From assembly GCF_009914755.1 (NCBI RefSeq), contig NC_060944.1: a DNA stretch of 64,000 nt, one strand, 5' to 3'. Source of the DNA: the human T2T-CHM13v2.0 reference genome, Homo sapiens. The position numbers were made by a program, and so were the translations under genes. Shown here piece by piece: positions 41,679 to 60,921 of the stretch. The notes beneath the pieces are model-generated. The model did no database searches. It had not been told where the DNA came from and saw only the letters and a program-made list of their open reading frames with translations. Every line of letters begins with the position of its first letter. Position 1 is the first letter of the stretch.

Positions 41679-41915
41679 CATGTTCTCACTCATAAGTGGG
41701 AGGTAAACAATGAGGACACAGGGAGGGGAACATCACACACCAGGGCCTATCAGGGGGGTGGGGGGGGGGGGAGACAAGGGGAGGGAGAGCATTAGGACAA
41801 ATATCTAATGCATGTGGGGTTTAAAACCTAGATGATGGGTTGATAAGTGCAGCAAACCACCGTGGCGCATGTATACCTTATTAAGTATTATTAAGATGGT
41901 CAAAAAAAAAAAAAA
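41679..41915 (+). mobile_element. 5'-truncated L1PA 3' UTR with poly-G tract
   Basis: GCATGTTCTCACTCATAAGTGGGAG...GGAACATCACACACC...AAAACCTAGATGATGGGTTGAT..GTGCAGCAAACCAC; poly-A; TSD TAATAGAAAATT. Confidence 0.9.
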
Positions 41916-41931
41916 GACGTAATAGAAAATT

Positions 41932-42898
<967 letters not shown>

Positions 42899-43659
42899 TC
42901 ACCTCTGTTTCTGGTTCCTCCACTTGGGAAGGGATGGTAGCCAGGGAGGTGTCGTCTGGCATCGGGACTCTCTGATGCCACATACTGGCTCTTTCTCGCA
43001 CCCTGCAGGGTCCCCAGTGCCATCTTTCCCAGCATGGGCAATCTTCATTCACCTCACTGTTTCTTATTCCCCCTCAGCTTCTCCATCTGGCAGTCTGCCT
43101 CCTCGCCACTCAGCTTCTTTCTGCTAGGGCACCTGGCCCTGCTAGTCAGGCATCTTGGGTAGAATCCTCTGAAGACAACTCCAGCCCTATTTTCCCTCTT
43201 GGTGACCACTTAATGTATTTGAAAACAAGGGCCTTTGCCTTCTGGGACTCTGAAAATATAGACTGGTCTGCTACAGCCTCCGAAAATACAGACTGGCCCG
43301 CTACAGCCTTCCTTCTAGTCCTGCTGTTACCGGTAGCCCTGCCAGCCTCTCCACCTTCAAGGTCTCCAAACAAGAGCTGAGGCCCAGGTTCTGTGGCCTC
43401 CACATCCAGAAGAGCTCTCCCAGGCTGTCCCAGGCACTCTGCTACAGTTCCAAAGGGGCCGTGGGTGAAGGATAACATCCCCCACATCCTCACACCCATG
43501 CGAAGTTCTCTAAGCATGAAGTGGGCCTGGAGGGATAGACAGCACCCCTAGCAATTCTCTTCAAATAAACCATCCCTCACCAGTTTTTCCAACCCCAGTC
43601 ACTCATGAATGGACTAAAGATAGGGGATGGGCTACATGTCCCAATACTGCCTGGGTCCC

Positions 43660-48300
<4,641 letters not shown>

Positions 48301-48939
48301 TAGCATCCTTGATCAGTATAAAACTTGTACAACCATATATGGCGAGCCTGCCCAAAATCACTCCCTCCACAGACAAACACCAGCACACACAGGCACATCC
48401 TCACCACTGTACATCCAGCCACTGTCTCCCTACTGGGTCACCCCTGCTCAGAAGGCTGCCCCCTTACTCCTCAGCATCTGTCTCCAAGGAGTGAGCAATC
48501 GGGTCCTTTCTCCACCCCCAGGGCTGTTCTGAGCCCCCACGTTGCTGAAGGGCATGAAAGCTCTGTCCTTCTCACAGAGGCATCTGTGCACTCAGGTCCT
48601 GTGCAGGCCGGTGGGTTGATGTAGGGGAGCGGCAGTTATTGAGGCAGTGAGAGCCCCTCTCAAGCAGGGCGTGGGCAGGGTGAGGAGCTGCCTGCCTGCC
48701 CGCCCACCCACGTGGACCTGGCCAATTCTCCACTGCCAGTGCCACTACTGCTGTCCCTGTTCTCCCTCCCCCTGTCTGACCCAGATTCCACATTCCAGAA
48801 ATAGCTCTGGCAGGTGACTGGCAGGCGGGGTCAGCTCTAGCTGGGATGGTGGGAGAAGCAGCCGCTATGGATGCGTGCCCCTCCCCAGCCAAAGGACCTA
48901 TCTAGGAGGGGGCTTGGGGGTGCCATCACTCCCCAGTCT

Positions 48940-49215
48940 GCCCCCTCCTGCCTCTCTTCTCTCTATGCCTCTGAGAAAAAGAAGAAAGGAGAACAGCCTC
49001 CCTCCTCCTCCCTCCCTCCTCTTACTCTGCCATCTCCCTCTCTTTCTTCCAGCTTCCCCTCCCTTCCTCTCCCTCTTTCTCCCCCCACCATCTTTGCCTT
49101 CTGTCTGTCTCCCTCAGTTCTCTGCTTCTCCCTCCCACCCTCTCTGCCTTCCTTCCCTCTCAGTTTCTGGCCCTCCTCCCCGTCCTCCCTTTCTGTGTCT
49201 CTCCCACTCCCTCTG
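48940..49215. repeat. Polypyrimidine (CT-rich) low-complexity tract
   Basis: Almost only C/T on the + strand apart from one short purine run. Confidence 0.8.
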
Positions 49216-51084
49216 AATCACAGGGAGGCTGTGATGACAGCCAGTGGCCTGGGCAGGCAAGGTGGTGGGCTGCAGGGTGTACCCCCACTCCTGCCAGCTG
49301 CATTCTCTGCACCTGAGTGTGTGCAAGCACACAGGCACACACACTTGGGCTCACTCCCTGACAGTGCTTGTGGCTCTAGGCTGACCTGGGATGGGCTCCA
49401 GGCCTGGGAACCACCCTTGCTCCTTGCTCAGGGACCCTGAGTTCTGTGTCACTCTGAGTGGGCACCTGCCCTTCCCTGGGCCTCAAAGTCTCTATCTGTG
49501 TTGTGAGGCCTTGGTTTGGGGACCCACAGGTACCTCCCATCTGTGACAATCCAGTCATCAGCTGCTATGCCTGCCCCTCTTTGTCCCATCTTCCATCCCC
49601 CAGCTTCTTCTCTGACTGCCCTCCTACCCCTAACCTCCCCCCGGCACCACACACTCTGTATACAGGAAGGGAGGTTGATAAAATTGCAGTACACAGTCAA
49701 CCCTCCAGTCAACCCTGTCCCCCAACCCTACCCTGGGCCCACCTGTCCCCTCACTCCACCGCAGGCTCTTGTCAGCCCAACGCCTCTAGTCTCCACAGTG
49801 TCAGGGCTAAGAGGAAACTCAAAGACCATCATGTCCGGAGATTGCAAATGGACTTCAACCATGTGTCATCTCTGATCCCTGGAGCTCAGTTCTGAGATTT
49901 GGTTAAGCAAAGAAAGGTGCCACCATCGATTCGCGATGTCTACCGTAGCCAGAAGAGTTACATACATCTGCAATTCCTGATCTAACCCACTTATCCCAAC
50001 ATGCACGTGCGCACACACAGACATGCACACACATTTACAGATATTTCACAAAGAAACATCAGCCTAGGGAAGATGATTATCTATCAAGGTCAAAGTCAGC
50101 CAGCTAGTAGGTCAGGGAGCAGTTTCCTACCTGGGTGTGCCTGACTTCGAAGCCCTGGGTTCTCCATTGCCCCCTGTGCGTGGGAGCCACCCAGTCCTGG
50201 TAAAGCAGTACAAGCATGGGTAATGAAGGTATGTTACAGGAGTTGCAGGGGAAGTCCTCTAGCAACATGGGCAGGATGGATTAGAGGCTGAGAGGCCACT
50301 CACAGGTTGGTGCAGTGGTCTAGGTAAGTGACAGTGAGGTCAGGACAGGGGCCATAGGGTCAGAGAATAATGGGAGGACCCAGGAGGCCTTCCCAGAATG
50401 AATAATGAGGAACCACAATTCCCTACTGCTGAAACAGGCACCTCTCCACAGAGGACACTGGGCAGAAGGCAGGCTTCCTGTCTGGGGTCCACCAACCCTT
50501 GGACTACGACATGCCTGATTAATTGAGTGCCTACTGTGTGCTGAGTATATGGATCCTCACTCTTCCATGTCCTGTTTTTAGCAGATCCACTCAGCCTTCT
50601 GGGGGAAATAGTGACCAGGACTGAAGGACTGGTGGGCAGGCCTCCAATCCCAGGATTGAGACTCTTGAGACAAGACAGGGGCATTCTGTATCCCCTCAGG
50701 GGGTAGAGAAGTCACCCCAAAGGAAGAGAGATGAAGGTGTTTAAATAGAACCTTGGAGGCCCTACGGCATGGTGGTTAAGCACCTGAGCCTTGCAATCAG
50801 GCATCTTTCACTGATAGATGTTTATTGATCAAGTGCTCTGGGCCAGGCTGTGTTGTAGGTACCATCAGTGAGCAAAATGGAAATCCTTGCCTTCATGGAG
50901 ATTGTATTCTACTGGGAAGGGGAAGGGCAGACAAAACAATAAACATAAATAAGTGTGTGGTTTGTTGGTAGTTGGCACAGCATAAGGGGTCCTGGGAGTG
51001 GTGGCAGAGTGCAGGGAGGGGTGCCGAGGTATAAACAGGGTGGCTAGGGTACAGCTCATTGAGAGGGAGATTTTGAGTGAAGAC

Positions 51085-51790
<706 letters not shown>

Positions 51791-52088
51791 ATTGAGTGAA
51801 GACTTGAAGGAAGTGTGGGAATAAGCAGTGCTGGGAAGCGCTCCAGGCGGGGGGTGAGTGGTACAAAGGCCCTGAGGCAGGAGGTGCCTGACAGGCTGGT
51901 GGGGGGCAGAGCACTGAGGAGAGAGCCATGGTAAGAGGTGAGGTTCGAGGACAGGGAGGGGAGGGTTGGGTCTGGCCACCGACTGTGGAAACAACTTTGT
52001 CTTTTGGCTCTGAGTACAAGGGGGAACCACTGGGGCACTGGAGCACAAGAGTGACATGACCTGGTGTGTGTCTTAAAAGAAACACTCA

Positions 52089-52851
<763 letters not shown>

Positions 52852-53227
52852 CTAACTGCCAGTTCTGGCACCTGAGACAGGACAGTGACTATCTGGGAAG
52901 TTGGGAGAGGAGCATCTTCACCCCCCGGATGGGGAGCCTTGGGGTCCAGGCTGGGGATTAGGGAGGGGGAGCATGTGAGTCCTGTCTGTGCCCCATCTCA
53001 GGCTGTGGTCCAGCCAACTCTGCCTTGTAGGGATTCCAGCCAGACTGGGGAGCTCTTAGGGGAAGGACCCAGTACTGGAGTACAGTAGATGTTCCATAAA
53101 TATCTTCTGGGACCCTAAAGCATCACCATCAGAAGGGACTGTTAAAATCTCCTAGCCCAAGGGTCTCAAATTTGGTAAAATACAAACACTGTTTGACACT
53201 GCCTGAGTTCTGTCCCAGGAATCTGCT

Positions 53228-54172
<945 letters not shown>

Positions 54173-54949
54173 ACCAACTTAAAGTGAATAGTACAGGCGT
54201 AGCATAAGTGACTGAGATAGGATGACCTTCAAAGTGCTTAGCACAGTGCCTGGATTCAAAACGGTTGGCTAACCCTCAATTCCGTTTATTATTTTTACAC
54301 CTTAATGCAAAAACCATGACAGTGGTATTGGAAACACTATCATCTTCGCCAGTGCTCAAAATATTTTGATATGTCAAAAATTCTTTTCTCCATTTTTTGG
54401 AAAACAGATGCGAGAAAGGAAAGGACTTGCCTAGGTCACCCAGCAAGGCAGGTCATGAACAAGAGTTGGGTCTGCGTCTGGCAGACCTACCACAGGTGCG
54501 GCCTGGAGAGATGAGGCCCACAAGGCAGCGACAGGACCTGGATTCAGTGAGGAGAGGGGACTCGCGGGGTAGAAGCCAGGAACTGGGAAGGCGAGGAGGC
54601 GTGAAGGCACCACCTACTGCCAACCCGGCTCGAGCTGGTCACTTTGCCCTCCATGAGATCGTAGGTGTGCTTGTTGTTTTATTTTACGGGGGAGGAATGG
54701 AAGGCTCAGGGAAGTTGAATGCGGATGTTGTTCAAGATCACACAGGCCTCCAGAGGCGGAGCCGGGATTGGAACCCAATCTCTAGGACTCTGGGTTAGCA
54801 AAGCAAAGGGAGGATGCAGTGGCGAGGACAGCTAGATACACCTAGGGCGCAGAGCAGCCAGGACCAGAGGGCCAATCTGACTATGCAGGGGTGAGAGGGC
54901 CACCTCGGGCAGCTTCCTCGGAGCCTCGGTTCCCCCCTTACAGCGAGGT

Positions 54950-55810
54950 GTCGCTGGGGTGAACTGGTGGGAACTCCCGCCTCGGTCCACCTCCCGCACA
55001 GAGCATGCGTCGCGTTCCAGCTGGAACCGGTTTGGCGAGGCGGTTCGAGGGGCGGAGCCCCCACCCCCACCCCCCCATGCTCGGGCATGCGCGTGCCGAC
55101 GTGGGCGCGCGCTCCTTTCCTGGGCCGGCCGGCCTGGGCGTGGGCCGGACGCGGCGGCCCGCGCGCCTGCGCACCAGCCCGGCTGCGCGCGCCGGGCCAC
55201 ATGCCAAGCGGGCTGCGCGCGCCCCTGCCCGGCCCGGGAGTCCCTGACGACGCGCGCGCGGCTGACGCGGGGGGCGGGGAGGGGCGGGGCAGGTGCGGGA
55301 CTTTAACCCGGAGGCCCCGCCCCTCGGGCGTACAAAACCGGAGCCTCGGGCCGGGCTGCGTGAGGGAGGAGGGTGAGTGCCCGCCGCTGGCCGCCGCCGC
55401 CGCCGCCAGTCCGTCCGTCTGTCCGGTCCACGTCGTCGCTGCCGCCTCCTCAGCCCGGACGCCCGGGGCCCGCCCAGCGCCGCCCGGAGCAGCCGCGGCC
55501 CCGCGAGGAGACGGGGGCCGCCCCCGCCCGGCCCGGCCCGGCCCTGCCCCGCCCCCGCCCTCGCCCTCCTCCTCCTCCTCCTCCTCCCCGTCTGTCCGTC
55601 CGTCCGTCCGTCCGCCCGCCCGCCCGCCCGCCCGCGCTTCCGTCCTGTCCAGCCGCCAGTCCTCCAGCCCGTGTCCCCGCTCCGCCCGCTTTGTCTCTCC
55701 CCGGCTCGCTGTCTCTTTGTCTCTGCCCTCGCGCTCCTCCGCAGCCCCTCCCTCGCTCCCCATCTCGGGTCCCCTTCTCAGAGCGCTCTTCAGCCCTCAG
55801 AGCCGCCCTT
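54950..55810 (+). promoter_or_regulatory. DLGAP4: CpG island / internal promoter of short DLGAP4 isoforms
   Basis: Extreme GC and CpG density; GC box GGGGCGGGGC ~55281; NRF1-like GCATGCGC ~55085; CRE-half TGACG sites; TTTAA at 55302; (GCC)6, (CCT)n, (GTCC)n and (GCCC)n runs. Confidence 0.9.
55300..55372 (+). other. DLGAP4: Probable short non-coding alternative first exon (5' end approximate)
   Basis: Strong donor AGG|GTGAGT (GT at 55373) just downstream of the GC box. Confidence 0.6.
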
Positions 55811-56431
55811 TCTGGGCGACCCCACTCTTCGGGACTCCCCCTCAGAGCGCCCCCAGATCTTTTGGGGTTCCCCTTGAGAACACCTTCCACTCTCCCCAAG
55901 GGCTCCCCGTGAGTTTCTTGCACATCCTTTGGGGGTTCTGCACCCCAAGTCGCTGGGGTCTCGCCTCCTCTGAACCCCCATTGCCCCTGGGCTTTCCCTC
56001 TTCTGGGTGTTCCCCATATCCACTGGGAGCTCCTAGGTCCCAAGTTGGGGTCTTTCTCCTTGGGACCCCCCAATATGTCCTCAGCTCCCTGACTTCAGGA
56101 GCTCCTCTCTGCTTTCCCCTGGTTTGTCCCCTGTCGCTGTCTCTCCTTGTTCTCTCTCAGGTCTCCGAGCACCCCCACTTCTCGGGATCGGGGTCCCCTG
56201 CTTTGCTCTCCCTGCCCCTCTGTGCCCCCACATCTGTCTCGGTGGTCTCGCCACTCTGTGCCTCTTGCGCTGAAGGCCCGCCTTTGAGCCTGCTTCTTTG
56301 CCTGGGGCCCTTGGCCCCCCCTTGCTTTTTCAGCCCTAGCCCCCTGTCTCCCCTTCTCTCTGCTCCTTGTCTCCCTCTCCCTTTTTCTGTCTTTGCCGGG
56401 TCTCTGGGTCTCTGACCCCCATCCGGCCCTC

Positions 56432-56462
56432 ATGGCTTTGTGTCTGGAGCTCTTGAAGCAAT
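56432..56462 (+). CDS. DLGAP4: Alternative coding first exon of the short DLGAP4 isoform (MALCLELLKQ + 1 nt)
   Basis: CTCATGG start; 10 codons + T, then donor AAT|GTGAGT; phase 1, same as exon 40555-40795; matches the short-isoform N-terminus as I recall it. Confidence 0.88.
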
Positions 56463-58142
56463 GTGAGTGGTGGGGTGTCCGGGTCGGGCCGGAGTTGGCC
56501 CGCAGGCTGGCCGCGGCCGAGGCTCCATGGGGTTGGCGCTGGGGCAAGGGCTGGCGCTAGGGCAAGGGGGCTCTGAGGCCTCCCACAAAGGGGGAAAGGA
56601 GGGAGGGGCCAGGCTGTCTGGCGGAGGAGGGAGTGGGGGGCCTTCCTGCTCTGAGGCTTCTGCTTTAGTTGCTTGAGTGTGTGGAGGGCACCACGGGCTG
56701 GGCATCCCTGCCCACTTGGCCCCGCATGGCCTGGCACTTTGTGATCGCTTGTGGGCAGGCCGGGCTATTTTGGAGCCGGCAGGATGTGATATCATTTGGA
56801 CGTTTATTTAGCCCCGGCTGGGTGTGGGGGCTGCGTTCTTGCCAGCTTGAGTAATGAAATTTTGCAGGGGGGTGGGGGTGGGGTCAGCCTCCTAGGCAGC
56901 TAGGCTGTGGGGTTCATGGCCAGAACTTTGCAGAACACCAGAGTGGGCAAGTGAACAAAGGTCTGTGCTGCCTGGATCTTGCTGAGATTCGATTCAGGAT
57001 GAGCAGGGAGAGGACTTCTTAATCTGACCACCCTGAGGATTGACTTTGGTAGTCTAACCTCTGGGGCCTTGGTTCTGCCAGCTTCAAGGTGTTGTAACCT
57101 TGAGCGAGACCCTTGTCCTCTCTGTCAGTTTCCCTATCTGTAAAAAGTGGATAATTGTGCTGGCCTCACACTGTTGTCATGATGATCAAATGAAACATCT
57201 GTAGACACGCTTTGTGAACTGTCAGCCTGTCTTTAAACAGCCCCATCGAGGGAGAGGAGCTTGCCCAAGGGTAAACAGCTGGCTGGCTCCTGCCAGAGCT
57301 GGGACAGGGATCCAGGACTAGGACATTACAGTCCAGGGCTCTTTAACCTCCTCCCCACTACCTGGTTATTCGAGAATGCACCTGCCCTTCCAATAGAGCA
57401 GGGAGACGGCTGTTTCTTAATTCAGGCCCCAATCCTGCTTGTTCTTTGTTAGTCCGTTTGTAAAGATAGATGGGCGTGCCCATCGGGATGTCTGTGCAGG
57501 GGGACAGTTGGATTTTCCATGTTCCATCCCATTGTTGTTTAAGGGTGGGCCCTGCTTGGACAGTGGCACTTGGAATAAAGTCACTTTGTAGTTGTGAGCC
57601 TTGGCTGCTTTTCCTGCTTCCCCTGTAGAGTAGGGGAACAAAGACCTCAGCCGAGAGAGGTTCTGCAGAGAGCTGGGGTTTGCTGTCAAGGAGCTTAGGA
57701 TGTCCTAGAACTTTGGTGCAGGGAATGAGATCAGCTGTTCAAGCGCCTTGTCTTACAGATGAAGAGATGAGGCCCAGAAGGGCCAGGGACCCACAGAGGT
57801 TTGAGCCAGGACTTCTGGGTCCTGTTCCATGGCACTGCCTTTGAAGAAGTCACTGTCATGCTGTTATCACCTGCCCCTGGTGTATAATGACAATCTCTAA
57901 CATCCTTTGACCTTTTTACTGTGTACGCTGTGCTTGGTGCTTTACTTCAGCTACTTGCAGTGGAAAAGAAGAAGGGCTTGGTGCCTGGCCTGGAAGTGAG
58001 GGGTGCAGGATCCCAGTTCCCACATCTCACCCACTTTTAGGGATGTCACTTTCCTTTGGGCTTCAGCTTCCTAATCCATAAAATGGGAATAACATTCCTT
58101 ATCCTAAGACTGATTCTGAAATCATGGAATCCCTCAAGAATT

Positions 58143-58728
<586 letters not shown>

Positions 58729-60775
58729 AGAAACTGTTCCAGAGAGTAGAAACTCTGGGTTTCAGAACCACAAACGCCTGGTTTTAATCAGTCTCCATCA
58801 TTCACTGCGTTTGTAATCTTGGGCAAATTATTTCTTTGAGCTTCAGTTTTCTTATCTGGACTCAAGATCTGTACTACAGGATTATGATGAGGATTAAATG
58901 AGATTATGTATTTTTTTTTAAATCTGGTGCACAGTAGGCACTTAATAAATGTGAACTTTCCCTTCCCAAAAACATCTGGGTGACTTTTCTCTTTGTAGGA
59001 ACTAGACAGCCCAGTTCCCCCCCCATCCCCCCCACCCCCGCATGCCCTGTGGTTGGGGTTTAGATAACTAGGAAAGCACCTGTGGCTATTCTAATAGTAA
59101 TAGGAGTGATCTTCTCATCTCTCCCAGGCTGTGTGAGGCATTGTGTAATCAGCCAGGCTCTTTCCCGACCATTGTTCTCCACCAACAGGCCTGGAAGTCG
59201 GAAGCCAGTGGAGTTCTCCCTGTTTCACAGGTGAATGAAAAATAGGGGGCCCAGAGAGAGACAAGGACCTGCTCAGGGGCCCACAGCCACAGCAGTGACA
59301 GGCAAACTTGTAGCCCAGGCCTCTTCTCCACAGCCCGCAGCGTTTCTCCAGGTTTATGGCTTCTGCCTGATAGCCTACCCCTCAGGCCGCCTTCCCTGGG
59401 TCTGTTCCCATCTGTTCTGGGAGGAGGGTTTTCTTGACATTTCCCCAGTCTCTGAGCTCATCTTGAATTTAAAAGGAGGCTATCTGGAGGCTGGGTGGGG
59501 ACTGAGTCACCACCTCCCGTGGCTTTCTCATCCTGAGCAGCAACCAGACACACCCAGAGGGCCACTGCTGGAGACCTGCAGATTGTAAATGCCACACAGG
59601 CTTTCTTCCCAGAAGCTCAGATGGGCTCTTGCGGGAAGGCTGTCATCGTGGTTCTGTATGTATTTCTTCCTTCCCCTAGCCACTTTGAGAAGTTGTTGCC
59701 TGTCCTTTCCCGCTTCAGCCTTTATTAATGCTGTCCTCTTCCCCTATAGTGCCCTCTCTTCCCCTAGAGGCCCACACTGTCAAATGCCACCTCCCCCAGG
59801 AAGTTTGTCCTTGCTGGCTCTGGAGTCCCAGCAGGACTCCTGAGGATGCTTACGGCATGACCTTGGCAGGTCACGCCACCTTTCTGTGCCTCAGTTTTCT
59901 CATATATAAAATTTGGGTTTCTTGTCTTTATAAAGCTCCATCCCTAGACACTCTCATTTGGCAGGTCTTGGGGCAGGAATCACATGCCCCTAGGTTTTTA
60001 AACCAGCTCTCTAGAGGATGCTGGTGCTGAGAGCCTGTCGGCTGCAACCTGGGAAAAGCTGAACTGAGAGGACCCTGGTTTGCATGACAGCCTAGCTTGT
60101 TGCTGTGTGACCTTGGATTAGTCAGCTTTCTGTACCTCCGTTTTCCTCCCTATCAGATTGGGATGGAAATGAGAACTCGTGTAGTAACAGCCCCTCAATA
60201 AATGGCAGTCATCACCATCATCAGCTTTGTTTTGTGTGGGGATTGGTGGTTTTCAGAAGCAAGTCACCTTTCCCCTACTTGGTCCTGGCAGCAGGCACTG
60301 TCAAGTCAGACTGGGCCAGGGTGCAGGCTGTGGAATTGAACACCTGAGCAGGAATGAAGTCTAGTCCTTACAGGAATGTAATGAGGTTGATGAGGTGTGT
60401 GGTGTAAATCTCTCTCGGGTTCCCAGATTTCCCAGACCTGACTGTGGCTGCCTTTCCTCACTCAACCTGTGCTGGAATCAGCTGTGTTAACAGACAGACC
60501 CACCCATTCTTAGAAACCAAGGCTACCTTAAAGAGAAATACAAGCCACATTCTAGAGCTAAAACATGGCTGTTCCACAGCATGGAGGCAGGCCCAGGGAC
60601 GGGTAGGGATGCCTAGGATCCCAGAGCAAGACTAGAGCCACATCTCTGCCTCCCTCCCCCGGGCTCCCTCGTCTCTGTACATCACTGGCCTGGAGCCCTG
60701 AGGTCTGGTTTGGCCAGTGAACAGTTTCCTCATGGGATAGGAGCAAGAGAAGTGGTCCCAAGTGGTCAAAGCGAG

Positions 60776-60788
60776 TCTCTCGCTCTTG

Positions 60789-60821
<33 letters not shown>

Positions 60822-60861
60822 TCTCTCTGTCTCTCTCCTCTCTCTCTCTCTCTGTCTCTGT

Positions 60862-60918
<57 letters not shown>
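60776..60918. repeat. (CT)n microsatellite, ~140 bp, interrupted
   Basis: Direct inspection. Confidence 0.97.

Positions 60919-60921
<3 letters not shown>

Noticed and set aside
54795-56415. Long ORFs over the CpG island (482 aa +, 322 aa -, 207 aa - and others)
   Set aside because: Stop codons are scarce in very GC-rich, A-poor sequence; the products are low-complexity Pro/Ala/Arg/Gly/Ser with no recognisable domain, and several lack an ATG start.
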